Positions 16,715 to 27,412 of a DNA stretch of 31,477 nucleotides are shown piece by piece. Every line of letters begins with the position of its first letter. Position 1 is the first letter of the stretch. Source of the DNA: a bacterium (GTDB lineage: Bacteria; Patescibacteriota; Minisyncoccia; Phycocordibacterales; CAIZLB01); contig JAYUFM010000097.1 in assembly GCA_043738715.1 (NCBI GenBank), positions 1-31,477 on the forward strand. Reading direction: 5' to 3'. The translations under genes were made by a program, and so were the position numbers. Under the pieces are notes generated by a model. That model saw only the letters and a program-made list of their open reading frames with translations. It had not been told where the DNA came from and made no database searches.

Positions 16715-17311
16715 CTACTCTGTAAAAATTTTATACATATTCATACCTAGAACTGAGCCAATGACAGGACCTGCAACATACATCAAATTTAATGATCCGA
16801 GCGCCAAAGCAACAGCAGGATTCAAAATTCCATTTGAACCAAACGCGGCTGCAATTACAACACCCAGAACGAGTGAGCCTCCTATCGCAATTCCTGACAA
16901 TGGTGAAGGAGTTTTTCCATACACAACAGATGCGATTCCAAAAGTAAAAAAGAAAGTTCCAATTATTTCAGCAAACAAAACTTGCATTGAATTTGAAACC
17001 AACAATCCCGTTACCACTCCACTGTTTGCAGTGACAATTAATGCAACACTTGCTCCAATAAATTGAGAGAAAATGTACAACAATGCATCATGGTGTTTTG
17101 TTTTTCCAATTGTCCACGCACCAATTGTGACTGCTGGATTAAAATGTGCACCACTGATGTGTCCTAGCGAGTAAACAAAAAGACCAAGTGTAAGTCCTGC
17201 TACTAATGGAACTGATAAAGGACCTCCCGAATGAATTGCCATTATGACCGCCAATGCTAGCGCAAAAGTACCTAATGCTTCTGCAAAATATTTTTTTATA
17301 TGTGTTTTCAT
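16715..17311 (-). CDS. Aquaporin / MIP family channel
   Basis: AEALGTF, ISGAHFNPAVT, AEIIGTF and a second NPA (ILNPAV); start reassigned to MKTHIKK. Confidence 0.92.
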   Translation of the reverse strand: MKTHIKKYFAEALGTFALALAVIMAIHSGGPLSVPLVAGLTLGLFVYSLGHISGAHFNPAVTIGAWTIGKTKHHDALLYIFSQFIGASVALIVTANSGVVTGLLVSNSMQVLFAEIIGTFFFTFGIASVVYGKTPSPLSGIAIGGSLVLGVVIAAAFGSNGILNPAVALALGSLNLMYVAGPVIGSVLGMNMYKIFTE

Positions 17312-17404
17312 GATATCTATTATACCAAGCCCTGAGGAAAACAAAAACATCCTACATGTTTATAATCTACAAAAAGATATGTTATAGAAAAATAGCCTAT
17401 CAGA

Positions 17405-18043
17405 CTAAAATTCGTGCTTGTCCCCCTCTATCATTGGAATAAACTCAATATTATTTTCTGGAAGTATTCTTCCTGGCAACTGATGACTTGTTCCATACCT
17501 AATGTGATCGTGTATTGGAAAACAAACTCTTGGCTTTAATTGTAATGCATAATCAATAGCCTCAGAAATCTTCATCCATGGACCAGCAACTGGTAGTGCT
17601 AAAATATCAATCGGTTGTTTTGGATCAACAAAGGCATCTCCAGGTAGAAAGAATTTCTCGTCGAACAAAAACCCTGTATTGTCAGAAACTGGAATAAATT
17701 TGTGCATCAGAGCATGCTTATTACCCACACCTTTCACAGAGATTTTTCCATCATCAATCAATACTTCACCCCCGTCTTTGATTAAATGGTGATAAATTCC
17801 CTCTCTGGTTAATATTTCACTTACACTATTGTTTGTATAAATTAAGACTTCAGGATTTTTATCAATAACGACACGAAGTGATTCGAGGTGATAGTGGTCT
17901 GCGTGTTCGTGGGTAATGAAAATGTAATCAATTTTTTTAAGTTTAGAATGTTCCTCCACAGTGTACATACCAGGATCAGTTAAAATACGAACACCTTTGA
18001 ATTCTAGTAGGAGGCAGCAATGGCCGAGTTTTGTGATTTTCAT
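17405..18043 (-). CDS. MBL-fold metallo-hydrolase (UPF0173/UlaG-like)
   Basis: LGHCC, ILTDPG, ITHEHADH, PGD and PIHD motifs. Confidence 0.9.
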   Translation of the reverse strand: MKITKLGHCCLLLEFKGVRILTDPGMYTVEEHSKLKKIDYIFITHEHADHYHLESLRVVIDKNPEVLIYTNNSVSEILTREGIYHHLIKDGGEVLIDDGKISVKGVGNKHALMHKFIPVSDNTGFLFDEKFFLPGDAFVDPKQPIDILALPVAGPWMKISEAIDYALQLKPRVCFPIHDHIRYGTSHQLPGRILPENNIEFIPMIEGDKHEF

Positions 18044-18086
18044 ATATATATTTTAGCAAATATAAATGCTTGGGTACAATCTTTGA

Positions 18087-18854
18087 TTATTTACAATACG
18101 CAAGTAAATCATCATGAACTACAGCGTTTGAAATAATAGAACCTCTGAATTTTTTAGAATAGTCTAACTCAGAACCATCTACAGCTGTTATTTTTCCACC
18201 GGCACCCTCGACAATTACGTGAACTGCAGCCAAATCATGATTTCCTGCTCCAATTTCAATGTGTCCAATAAATTTACCACGTGCAACTAGACACGCTTTG
18301 TAAACTGCCCCACTAAAACATGCTAATTTTATTTGGTCATCAATCATTTTTTTAAAATGACTTGCCGTGGTCAATCTTTGCAAATTTCCTGTTACCGCCA
18401 CAACACCTTCTTTCATTCCAAATTTTGAAACATTAATTGGTTTTTCATTACAAAGACTTTGCATTCCTGAAACTCCAGTGTACATTTTGTCCAAATACGG
18501 ATCATATACAACGCCAACAATCGACTTACCATCAATAACAAGTGCCAGAGAAAAAACACCAGTAGGAGTTCCCCACGTGTAGCCTGCAGTTCCGTCGATT
18601 GGATCACAAATCCATTTTCTACCCATTCCATATTCAGAAGTACTTTCTTCTTCACCGATAACTCCGTCTTCAGGAAAACTTTCTGATAATTTTTTAATAA
18701 CCAGAGAATTTACCTGCTTATCAGCAATGGTAACTGGGGTGTTATCGGATTTAATTTCAATATGTTGATCAATGTCGAAATATTTTAGGATGATTTCCCC
18801 TGCCTCTTTCGCAATACTTTTGGCTGTTTCTAATTCTTTTTCGTATTTATTCAT
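18087..18854 (-). CDS. Inositol monophosphatase family protein
   Basis: PVTIAD, IGEE, WICDPIDGT and HDLAA motifs. Confidence 0.92.
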   Translation of the reverse strand: MNKYEKELETAKSIAKEAGEIILKYFDIDQHIEIKSDNTPVTIADKQVNSLVIKKLSESFPEDGVIGEEESTSEYGMGRKWICDPIDGTAGYTWGTPTGVFSLALVIDGKSIVGVVYDPYLDKMYTGVSGMQSLCNEKPINVSKFGMKEGVVAVTGNLQRLTTASHFKKMIDDQIKLACFSGAVYKACLVARGKFIGHIEIGAGNHDLAAVHVIVEGAGGKITAVDGSELDYSKKFRGSIISNAVVHDDLLAYCK

Positions 18855-18874
18855 TTTGAATAGTGTATTCCGAT

Positions 18875-19315
18875 CTATTTGTTAACCAAATTAATATAAT
18901 CCTGAACACCCTTTAGCCAGCCACCTGTAAAATAATCGTCTGGCTTAAAAGTTTTTGGGTCAGCCCAAATCATTTCTGTGTGCCTTGGTGATAATTTTAC
19001 TTCCCCATTTAACAAAGTCGCTCTGTATCCGAGACCGAAAATTCTAACTTTTGGATTTCCTTCAACAGCTTCGATTCTTTCGTGTCGCATAAAGACTTCT
19101 GGTTTACCTAAACTGTACTCGATTTGTGCACCCAACTCTTCAGACAATTTTCTTTTGACGACGTCTTCAAGTGGTGTTTCAAATTCATCTTTTTTTATTC
19201 TACCACCGGGTAAATCCCAGTCCCCGAAATTATCTTTACACACAAGAAACTTTCCATCTTTTTCAAGAAAAACTTTAACAGCCACAAAATATGGATCTTT
19301 TTGATCTATGCTCAT
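18875..19315 (-). CDS. NUDIX hydrolase
   Basis: WDLPGGRI...RKLSEELG Nudix box. Confidence 0.85.
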   Translation of the reverse strand: MSIDQKDPYFVAVKVFLEKDGKFLVCKDNFGDWDLPGGRIKKDEFETPLEDVVKRKLSEELGAQIEYSLGKPEVFMRHERIEAVEGNPKVRIFGLGYRATLLNGEVKLSPRHTEMIWADPKTFKPDDYFTGGWLKGVQDYINLVNK

Positions 19316-19326
19316 TTTTTATTTTA

Positions 19327-22104
19327 TTATCTAACAATTTCTTTTTGCTTTTTAACTTTTTTAACCTCAACTTCCTTTATAACTTCTTCTGATTTTTCTA
19401 CATCGTGACGTACTAAACCATCCTTCAATAAATGTGCTGCAACTTTCTTTCCCTTTCTTACATCAAAGGTAAATTCTACTGGAATAACATTACTCTTAAG
19501 GCCAATATCAATTGTTCCACCTCTCATTACACCCTCTGTAATCATAAGGCTAGCAACTGGTGTCAAAATTTTATTCTGAATCAGCCTCTTTAATGGTCGC
19601 GCACCGTATTGTGGGTTATATCCCTCCTTGGCCAAATATTCCATCACTGAATCTGCGATGTTTAATGTAATTTCTTTTTCAGTCAATCGATCGCGAACCT
19701 TACCAACCTCAATGTCCACAATTTTTCTAATTGCTTCGTGACTTAGAATATCGAAAATAATCACCTCATCTAATCGGTTCAAGAATTCAGGGCGGAAATG
19801 ATCCTTTAGCGCTTCTGTTACCTTTTCCTTTACATCTGCATATTGAACCTTATCATCAGTGCTAGATGCAAAACCAATTTTTTGCATTTTGTCGATGTAT
19901 TGAGCACCAATGTTTGATGTCATGATAATAATTGTATTTTTGAAGTTCACCACACGGCCTTTTGCATCAGTTAATCTTCCATTATCCAGAACCTGCAAAA
20001 GCACGTTAAATATTTCAGGATGTGCCTTTTCAATTTCATCAAATAGAATTACCGAATATGGTCGGTGTCGCACCATCTCTGTTAGTGCACCTCCCTCTTC
20101 ATGTCCAACGTAGCCCGGTGGAGCACCTAGAATTTTTGAAACAGAATGTTTTTCCATGAATTCAGACATATCGACACGGATCAGTGTCTTGTCGTCATCA
20201 AACATAAATTTTGCCAATGCTTTTGTTAATTCAGTTTTTCCTACACCTGTTGGTCCAAGGAAAATGAACGAACCGATAGGGCGATTTGGATCAGCAATTC
20301 CGGCGCGTGATCGTTTAATAGTTTCAGAAATTCTTTTAACCGCTTCGCTTTGTCCGATTACCGCTTTTTCTAATTCTTCTTCCATTCGAGACAATTTCTT
20401 TGCCTCTGCCTCTAACATTCTAGACACAGGAATACCAGTCCATTTTGCAACGACTTCAGCAATGTCATTTTCATTTACTTCCTCACGCAAAATTCGACGA
20501 GTTGATTGTAATTTTTTCAACTTTTTCATCTTTGATTCTAAATCCTTTTCCATAAAAGGAATTTTTCCGTAGCGAATTTCAGCAGCCTTAGATAGGTCAG
20601 CTTTTGCCTCGGCACGCTCTGCTTCTTGGCGAAGTGTTTCAAGAGATTTTTTGATTTCCTTTATACTTGAATGTACTTCTTTTTCATTAATCCAACGTGC
20701 TTCAATTTCTGAAGTCTTGTCTTTCATATCAGCAATTTGAATCTCAATTTCCTTGATGCGTGACTTTGCATTCTTGCTCGTGTTTATTTCATTTTTCAAT
20801 GCCTCTTTCTCAATTTCAAGACGCATAACCTTTCGGTGAGAATCTTCTAGATCTGCAGGTTTATTTTCCAAAGAAATTTTTAATCGAGAAGCTGCTTCAT
20901 CAATAAGGTCAACGGCTTTGTCTGGTAAAAATCGATCACTGATATAACGACTTGATAAATTCACAGATGAAACAATGGCATCATCAGTAATTCTTACACC
21001 ATGATAAAGTTCGTATTTTTCCTTCAAACCTCTCATGATTGAAACGGCATCTTCGATAGACGGTTCGTTAATATAAACAGGTTGAAAACGACGCTGTAGT
21101 GCAGGATCTTTTTCAATATGTTTTTGGTATTCCTTTAATGTAGTCGCACCGATCGCACGCAATTCACCACGAGCAAGTGCAGGTTTCAACATATTAGATG
21201 CATCTAACGATCCTTCAGCAGCGCCGGCCCCCACAATTGTATGAATTTCATCAATGAATAAAACAATCTTCCCTTCTGCTCTTTCAATTTCTTTTAGGAT
21301 AGATTTCAAACGTTCTTCGAATTCACCACGGTATTTTGTACCAGCAACTAGAATTCCGAGATCCAGTGATACCAATTCCTTGTCTTTCAAAGACTCTGGG
21401 ACATCATTCATGGCAATTCTATTAGCCAAACCTTCTGCAAGAGCCGTCTTTCCAACACCAGCCTCTCCTATCAAAATTGGATTATTTTTTGTACGTCTTG
21501 AAAGAATCTGAATCACGCGTGCGATTTCTGCATCGCGACCAATAACAGGATCCAATTTATTTTCACGTGCCAACGCTGTTAGATTTCTTGTGTATTTTTG
21601 AAGTGCCTTAAATTTTCCCTGCTTTTCAGTACCAGTCCCTGTTCCTTTTGTTGTCTTAACTGATTCAAGTGCTTTCAATACTGTTGCTCTGTCCAATTTA
21701 AACTTTGCAAGAAGCTCTCTTGCTGGGCTTTTGACATCAATAAGTGCAATGAATAAGTGCTCAACAGAAACAAAGTCATCTTTTAATTCAGCTGCTATCT
21801 TTGCAGAGACTTCAATAGTCTGTGCCATATCCGGAGTTAAATATAATTGATATGAAGGTGAAATAGTTGCCGAAGATTGACCAGTTTCAATACCCTCTAA
21901 TACATTGTCTGTTAGCAATACCAAATCTATGTCCAGTTTTTCCAAGACAGATATAACAATGCTCTCCTCTTGAACAATCAATGATGTCAAAAGGTGCATT
22001 GGATTAACATGATTCTGTCCACGTTCAATAGCCAATTCATGAGCCTTTCGGATCACTTCTTTAGCCTTTGTAGTGAATTGATTAAATGCTGGTATTTCTG
22101 GCAT
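19327..22104 (-). CDS. clpB: ClpB-type AAA+ chaperone (two NBDs, long middle domain)
   Basis: [15 protein letters not shown], long M-domain with [16 protein letters not shown] and [10 protein letters not shown] motifs. Confidence 0.92.
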   Translation of the reverse strand: MPEIPAFNQFTTKAKEVIRKAHELAIERGQNHVNPMHLLTSLIVQEESIVISVLEKLDIDLVLLTDNVLEGIETGQSSATISPSYQLYLTPDMAQTIEVSAKIAAELKDDFVSVEHLFIALIDVKSPARELLAKFKLDRATVLKALESVKTTKGTGTGTEKQGKFKALQKYTRNLTALARENKLDPVIGRDAEIARVIQILSRRTKNNPILIGEAGVGKTALAEGLANRIAMNDVPESLKDKELVSLDLGILVAGTKYRGEFEERLKSILKEIERAEGKIVLFIDEIHTIVGAGAAEGSLDASNMLKPALARGELRAIGATTLKEYQKHIEKDPALQRRFQPVYINEPSIEDAVSIMRGLKEKYELYHGVRITDDAIVSSVNLSSRYISDRFLPDKAVDLIDEAASRLKISLENKPADLEDSHRKVMRLEIEKEALKNEINTSKNAKSRIKEIEIQIADMKDKTSEIEARWINEKEVHSSIKEIKKSLETLRQEAERAEAKADLSKAAEIRYGKIPFMEKDLESKMKKLKKLQSTRRILREEVNENDIAEVVAKWTGIPVSRMLEAEAKKLSRMEEELEKAVIGQSEAVKRISETIKRSRAGIADPNRPIGSFIFLGPTGVGKTELTKALAKFMFDDDKTLIRVDMSEFMEKHSVSKILGAPPGYVGHEEGGALTEMVRHRPYSVILFDEIEKAHPEIFNVLLQVLDNGRLTDAKGRVVNFKNTIIIMTSNIGAQYIDKMQKIGFASSTDDKVQYADVKEKVTEALKDHFRPEFLNRLDEVIIFDILSHEAIRKIVDIEVGKVRDRLTEKEITLNIADSVMEYLAKEGYNPQYGARPLKRLIQNKILTPVASLMITEGVMRGGTIDIGLKSNVIPVEFTFDVRKGKKVAAHLLKDGLVRHDVEKSEEVIKEVEVKKVKKQKEIVR

Positions 22105-22197
22105 GTATTTGTTTAATTAATTTTTATCAATTATAGCATACAGGTCAAGTAGGCTTAAAAATCGAATCTCCTCATATAATTTAACGTTTTAAAGTCA

Positions 22198-22896
22198 CTA
22201 ATTAAAACTTAAACCGTCTATAACATCATTAACATTTGCGTCTGGAATTGGATCACTGCTAATAACACCAAAAAAGAGGATATACATAAACTTACCTTTA
22301 AAAATGACAACAACCGTTTCATTTAAAGGCGCCTCTATATCTTTAGTATTAAGTTTTGATGAATAAGAATATTGAAAATAACTGTTACCACTCTTAATAA
22401 AATGTTTGTAACCGAGAATATTAATCGTTTTCGGATCCATCAATTTTGCGACCGAATCACCCCTATTTTCAATTGCATGTGCCAAAACTTTTTCTTTCGT
22501 GTCAAGATGATCATATTCAGCCCTCGCTTGATTAATACAGTATTCAGAAGTTTTTGCAAATGACAACCCTAAAGTAAATCGAGGTTTTTCCTGCTTAAAC
22601 ATTATACCGTGCAAAACATCATCATTTGTTGTTTTGACATAATTTAAATCAATCGGTGCTTTAAAAGAAAATTGATAGTTCAAACTACTATACTCATTAG
22701 AATTTTGAACAATATCCGCATCTAATGAATCCCCATTTTCACATGATTCTGGAGAATTCTCACTATTTACAGGAATCGTAGGATTAAATCTTGAATTTTC
22801 TATTGATTTAGGAAAACCATAGATTAAAAATCTAATGCTAAAAAATCCAATAATTACTATTGCCAGGAAGATGATTGAACTAAATAGATGCTTCAT
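22198..22896 (-). CDS. Membrane-anchored hypothetical protein
   Basis: 232-aa ORF with an N-terminal TM helix. Confidence 0.7.
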   Translation of the reverse strand: MKHLFSSIIFLAIVIIGFFSIRFLIYGFPKSIENSRFNPTIPVNSENSPESCENGDSLDADIVQNSNEYSSLNYQFSFKAPIDLNYVKTTNDDVLHGIMFKQEKPRFTLGLSFAKTSEYCINQARAEYDHLDTKEKVLAHAIENRGDSVAKLMDPKTINILGYKHFIKSGNSYFQYSYSSKLNTKDIEAPLNETVVVIFKGKFMYILFFGVISSDPIPDANVNDVIDGLSFN

Positions 22897-22933
22897 TTAT
22901 AATTAAATTGTAGACGAATAGTAGACCAAACAA

Positions 22934-23335
22934 CTACCAAACCAACTGAGTACAGTGTGAACATCTCTTTGCATCTAGTGGAATTTCGCTCATACATTCC
23001 TTACATTTTTTAGTTGTAGGATCTGCTGGGGGTTCCTTACGAGACTTTGCAATTAAAAGATTCATAGGTTTTACAACAAAGAAGAAAATACTACCTGCAA
23101 CAAGTGCAAATGAGATAAGGGCATTGATAAAATGACCGTACATAAAATTACTGCCGTTTACTGCAAATGTTAGTGTAGAAAAGTCAGGAAGTTTTCCAAA
23201 TGCACCAATAATAGGAGTGATAACGTCAGAAACCAAAGCTGTCACAATTGTACCAAAAGCGCCTCCAATAACTACACCCACCGCTAGATCCACTACATTT
23301 CCACGAAGCAAAAATTGTTTAAATTCTTTTAACAT
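22934..23335 (-). CDS. mscL: Large-conductance mechanosensitive channel with a C-terminal zinc ribbon
   Basis: MLKEFKQFLLRGNVVDLAVGVVIGGAF, YGHFINALISF and C-terminal CKEC...CSHC. Confidence 0.95.
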   Translation of the reverse strand: MLKEFKQFLLRGNVVDLAVGVVIGGAFGTIVTALVSDVITPIIGAFGKLPDFSTLTFAVNGSNFMYGHFINALISFALVAGSIFFFVVKPMNLLIAKSRKEPPADPTTKKCKECMSEIPLDAKRCSHCTQLVW

Positions 23336-23426
23336 CTTATTTATTTAATTTTTAATTAATATTAATATAGCTCACATTTATAAACATGTCGACGGCTTTC
23401 GGGTTTTTCATAACCCCTATAAACGA

Positions 23427-23459
23427 CAAAACCTCGGACCTTTTGAGCATCCGAGGTTT
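23427..23459 (-). terminator. Intrinsic terminator of the 58-aa ORF
   Basis: AAACCTCGGA/TCCGAGGTTT inverted repeat. Confidence 0.65.
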
Positions 23460-23508
23460 CTATGGTTTGTGACAATTGAAAGTCATGATATTGAACTATT
23501 GGAGAAAC

Positions 23509-23685
23509 TTATTCCTTTTTAGGAGCTGGGATAGTGGTGCCCTCATAGAGAAGAATTGTTGGGAGTTGGGTCGTCACCCAGGTCAGGAAATCAGCTTGAG
23601 CAACGAAGTCGTCTGGAAATTTTTCAAAAAGGGCTTTCCGAAGCGTTTCAAGGGCTTCGAAGTAGCGTTTTGTGCTTGCATTCAT
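23509..23685 (-). CDS. Orphan small protein, 58 aa (MNASTKRYFEALETLRKALFEKFPDDFVAQADFLTWVTTQLPTILLYEGTTIPAPKKE); not in the ORF track
   Basis: ATG at 23685 after AAAACCCACAAAAC, TAA at 23509-23511, TTTACA-17-TATTGT upstream and a hairpin downstream. Confidence 0.6.
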   Translation of the reverse strand: MNASTKRYFEALETLRKALFEKFPDDFVAQADFLTWVTTQLPTILLYEGTTIPAPKKE

Positions 23686-23819
23686 GTTTTGTGGGTTTTA
23701 CGGGAAAGCTGAATTGCTACCGTCTAACCAAAACAATACATTTAAATTTAACCTGTGTAAAGTTACTGAAAATTCTTTTTTTATTAAAAAATACTGAAGT
23801 ATTTTGTGACGGTTTACAA

Positions 23820-25145
23820 TTATTTACAAAAAATCTTTGACATTACAACCTTCAATTTCTCAATTTGTTTTTTAGTAGTGTATCTGCCCAATGTAATTCG
23901 AAGTGACGAACGCGAGCACTGTTTATAATATTCTTTCTGGCGAGCGTTCTCGTTTGCAATTTCTGCATCAATATTTTCTGTATCAAATGAATCACCAAGG
24001 GCAGAAATAACTTGTGAATATGAATCTTCTCTTTGGGCATGACATGAAGTTACCGAAGAGACGCAAACACCTTTTGCATCTAATTGCAAAACCATAAATT
24101 CTGCATCCTTACCTGGTATACATATATTTATATTATTCGGTAAACGCGAAGAAAGAGAACCATTAACCCCAAGGTCAGGAATCTGATCAAGCATCCAATT
24201 TAACAGGTCATCACGAAGGGTGGCAACTCTTAAGACTTCAACTTCTCTCATGGCTACAGTTATTGATAATGCCCGTGCAAATCCTGCAAACTTTGCGACG
24301 TCTTCTGTACCTGCCCTTTTCCCCTTTTCCTGATCACCACCATATATCTGTTCAGCTAATTGAATTCCTCTTCTGACATATAAAACTCCGGCCGAACGCG
24401 GACCGTAAAATTTTGATGAATCCAATGTCATCATATCCACACCCAATGATGGAACTCTGAGAGGTAAGAAACATGGAGCCTGACATGCATCGGTATGTAA
24501 ATATGGCAAATCTAGATTATTTCTTCCTAAAGTCTTTTTATATGATCTCAGCGCCTTAGCAATTTCTGAAATTGGTTGAACTGTTCCAATTTCATTATTA
24601 GCATACATAACAGTCACTAATACAGTCTGAGCCTTCAATACAGCTTTGATTTTTTTAGCTGAAACAATTCCATCTGGTTCAACTGGAACAATCGTCACCT
24701 CGACTCCATTTTTTTCTAGAATTTTTATTGTCTCTAAAACTGATGGGTGTTCTACTGTTGTCACAACCACGTGAGGTTTTAAGGTAACCAAAACACTATC
24801 ATTGCGATTTGCAGTAAAAGTCCTTTCTACCTTTGACCACAAAGCATACACCGTTCCTAAAATTGCTAGATTATTCGCCTCTGTTCCACCAGAAGTAAAA
24901 ACAATCTCATCACTGTGAACCTCTAATGCTTTCGCAATTTCTTCACGTGAACTTTCTAAAATATTTTTAGCCTCAACTCCGTCTTTATATAGTGAAGATG
25001 GGTTAGCTGGAAATAGCCGAGAAATCCTATTCATATATTTTTGAACCTCACTATCTATAGGCGTCACTGAGGCATAGTCAAAATATAACCTCTTGCGGTT
25101 CTTCCATAGACCCAACCAATAGTTAATTAACCCCTCTTTTTTCAT
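23820..25145 (-). CDS. Cysteine desulfurase (IscS/NifS type)
   Basis: LYFDYASVTP, ANPSS, FTSGGTEANN, EHPSV, ANNEIG, HTDACQ, PLP Lys in SSKFYGP, catalytic Cys in SSVTSC; start uncertain. Confidence 0.92.
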   Translation of the reverse strand: MKKEGLINYWLGLWKNRKRLYFDYASVTPIDSEVQKYMNRISRLFPANPSSLYKDGVEAKNILESSREEIAKALEVHSDEIVFTSGGTEANNLAILGTVYALWSKVERTFTANRNDSVLVTLKPHVVVTTVEHPSVLETIKILEKNGVEVTIVPVEPDGIVSAKKIKAVLKAQTVLVTVMYANNEIGTVQPISEIAKALRSYKKTLGRNNLDLPYLHTDACQAPCFLPLRVPSLGVDMMTLDSSKFYGPRSAGVLYVRRGIQLAEQIYGGDQEKGKRAGTEDVAKFAGFARALSITVAMREVEVLRVATLRDDLLNWMLDQIPDLGVNGSLSSRLPNNINICIPGKDAEFMVLQLDAKGVCVSSVTSCHAQREDSYSQVISALGDSFDTENIDAEIANENARQKEYYKQCSRSSLRITLGRYTTKKQIEKLKVVMSKIFCK

Positions 25146-25190
25146 ATATCCACTATACAAAAAAGTTACCTACCTGTATACTTTTTCAAT

Positions 25191-25706
25191 ATGCAATTCA
25201 ATCTTGATTTTTCAAATATGATTTTTGATGGAAAAGATATTGTCGTAATGATTGTCACCGGATTATTGGCAATAATCGCTATCATCACATCAATTTTGAC
25301 TAGATCAAGAATGAAAAAAATGTTGAAAGGTACAAAACCTGTCACCCTTGAAAAATCAATTATGAAAATTGTAAAAAGTCTCAAGGATTTAGAAGACTTC
25401 CAGGAAGATGCAACAAAACTGTTTAAACAATACAATTCACGCATCAGCAGTTCAATTCGCGCAGTTGAAACCCTTCGATACAATGCATTTACGGGAATGG
25501 GCATTGGTGGAAATCAATCTTTCACATCTGTATTTTCTGATGAAAAAGGTGACGGCTTAATTATTACAGGATTATTCGCAAGTGAAAGTATGCGAGTCTT
25601 TGCAAAACCAATGGTTGAATTTGAATCAAAATTTGAATTAACACACGAAGAACACGAAGCAGTAAAATTGGCAAAGGAAAAGGTAACCCGCTCACATCAC
25701 GGATAA
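25191..25706 (+). CDS. DUF4446 family protein
   Basis: N-terminal TM helix, RYNAF..MG.GGNQSF, GDGLIITGL and R.FAKP motifs. Confidence 0.8.
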   Translation: MQFNLDFSNMIFDGKDIVVMIVTGLLAIIAIITSILTRSRMKKMLKGTKPVTLEKSIMKIVKSLKDLEDFQEDATKLFKQYNSRISSSIRAVETLRYNAFTGMGIGGNQSFTSVFSDEKGDGLIITGLFASESMRVFAKPMVEFESKFELTHEEHEAVKLAKEKVTRSHHG

Positions 25707-25718
25707 TTTCCTTAGAGG

Positions 25719-25794
25719 TTGCTAAATCAGCATTTTTCTTGTATATTTGAAATGACTAAATCGCCCACTTGTTCCTCATTTGAGGGCTTTTTTT
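25719..25794 (+). promoter_or_regulatory. infB promoter followed by a terminator-like leader hairpin
   Basis: TTGCTA-17-TATATT (25719-25747), then GCCC..CCTC-ATTT-GAGG-GC and T7 (25763-25794) before the ATG. Confidence 0.5.
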
Positions 25795-25807
25795 ATCAAA
25801 TAAATCC

Positions 25808-27379
25808 ATGTCGAAATCTACAGCACAAAAGAATAAAAATGACGTAATTGCAGAAACTTCTGCCACTACGAATCGCCCACCTGTTGTTGTAATCATGGGT
25901 CATATTGACCATGGAAAATCTACCCTCCTCGACTATATTCGAAAATCAAATGTAGTCGAGGGTGAAGTAGGTGGAATAACTCAAAAAATGTCCGCCTACG
26001 AAGTACTTCATAAAGGTAAAAATGCTGAAGGAAAATCTGTAGAAAAAAGAATCACTTTCCTTGATACTCCGGGACACGAATCATTCGGTGCAATTCGTGC
26101 ACGTGGTGCCAGCGCCGCTGACATTGCCATTTTAATTGTTTCGGCTGAAGACGGTGTCAAACCTCAGACCTTGGATGCATTCCGTGCAATCAAAAAAGCC
26201 AACCTGCCCTACGTTGTTGGTATCAGTAAAATCGATAAAGACAACGCCAACATTGAACGTACAAAAATCTCTCTAGCAGAAAATGAAATTTATGTAGAAG
26301 GTTACGGTGGTGACATTCCATTTGTGCCATTCTCAGGTAGAACTGGTGACGGAATTGATGAACTGCTAGATATGATCCTTTTAGTTGCCGAAGTCGAGAA
26401 CTTTACAACAGATATATCTGCTCCTGCCGAGGCAATTGTCATAGAATCACACCGTGATAAAAATCGTGGGATTTCTGCAACTCTAATAATCAAAAATGGA
26501 ACCCTATCCATGGGAGCATTCATTGTCGCTGGTCCTGCACTTGCACCAGTTCGAATTATGGAAAACTATTTAAACAAGCCTATTAAATCAGCAACCGCTG
26601 GATCCCCAGTTCGAATTATTGGATGGAGCGAGCTTCCACAGGTTGGTGGTTATTGCTTTACTTTTAAAAATAAAAAAGAGGCTGAGGCTTTTATTGAAAA
26701 AGAAAAAAGTGACAACATCACTTCTAAACCAAATAATTCAGGAAACCAACCTACAACTGACGCAAGCGGTCAAGAAACTGCCACTGTCTCGATCCTAATC
26801 AAAGCAGACACATCAGGATCCCTAGAGGCCCTTAAATACGAAATAAATAAATTACAAATTGAACGTGTAAACCTGCGTGTAATCGGTTCTGGACTTGGTG
26901 ATATTCAAGAAAACGACATCCGAATGGCTGCAGGTAAAACAGGAACTCTCATAATCGGATTCAGTGTCAAAGCAGACTCTGCTGTTAAAACTATTTCTGA
27001 AAGGTTGGGTATTGAAATTCACCTTTTTGATATTATCTACAAGATGACAGAATGGCTTGAAGCACTAGCAAAGGAAAAAACTCCTCGTATGGAAGTTGAA
27101 GAAGAAAAAGGTCAAATGAAAGTTTTGAAAATCTTTAGTGTCAACAAGGACAAGCAAGTCCTCGGTTGCAGATGTGAATCAGGTGTTGTTAATATTGATG
27201 ATCAAGTTAAATTGATGCGACGTGGAGTAGAAATTGCTCGTGGACGCATTCGTGAACTTCAACAACAGAAAAGCAAAGTCGGTGAGGTTACCGCTGGTGA
27301 ATGTGGATTAATGGTCGATTGTAAAATGGAAGTTGCCCCTGGTGACTATCTAGCTGCCGTTCATAAAGTCATTAAATAA
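25808..27379 (+). CDS. infB: Translation initiation factor IF-2, short form without the N-terminal domain
   Basis: [29 protein letters not shown] and IKAD..GSLEAL motifs. Confidence 0.96.
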   Translation: MSKSTAQKNKNDVIAETSATTNRPPVVVIMGHIDHGKSTLLDYIRKSNVVEGEVGGITQKMSAYEVLHKGKNAEGKSVEKRITFLDTPGHESFGAIRARGASAADIAILIVSAEDGVKPQTLDAFRAIKKANLPYVVGISKIDKDNANIERTKISLAENEIYVEGYGGDIPFVPFSGRTGDGIDELLDMILLVAEVENFTTDISAPAEAIVIESHRDKNRGISATLIIKNGTLSMGAFIVAGPALAPVRIMENYLNKPIKSATAGSPVRIIGWSELPQVGGYCFTFKNKKEAEAFIEKEKSDNITSKPNNSGNQPTTDASGQETATVSILIKADTSGSLEALKYEINKLQIERVNLRVIGSGLGDIQENDIRMAAGKTGTLIIGFSVKADSAVKTISERLGIEIHLFDIIYKMTEWLEALAKEKTPRMEVEEEKGQMKVLKIFSVNKDKQVLGCRCESGVVNIDDQVKLMRRGVEIARGRIRELQQQKSKVGEVTAGECGLMVDCKMEVAPGDYLAAVHKVIK

Positions 27380-27412
27380 TTATTACAATTCTTTTAAAGA
27401 ATTTATAAAACT

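Noticed and set aside
23385-23428. Nested hairpin upstream of mscL (TGTCG...CGACA, GGGTT/AACCC)
   Set aside because: The stems are short, no riboswitch motif is recognisable and there is no second copy.
23476-23840. Plus-strand ORFs 23476-23712 and 23556-23840
   Set aside because: They have TTG starts and are antisense to the 58-aa minus-strand ORF that has a promoter and terminator.
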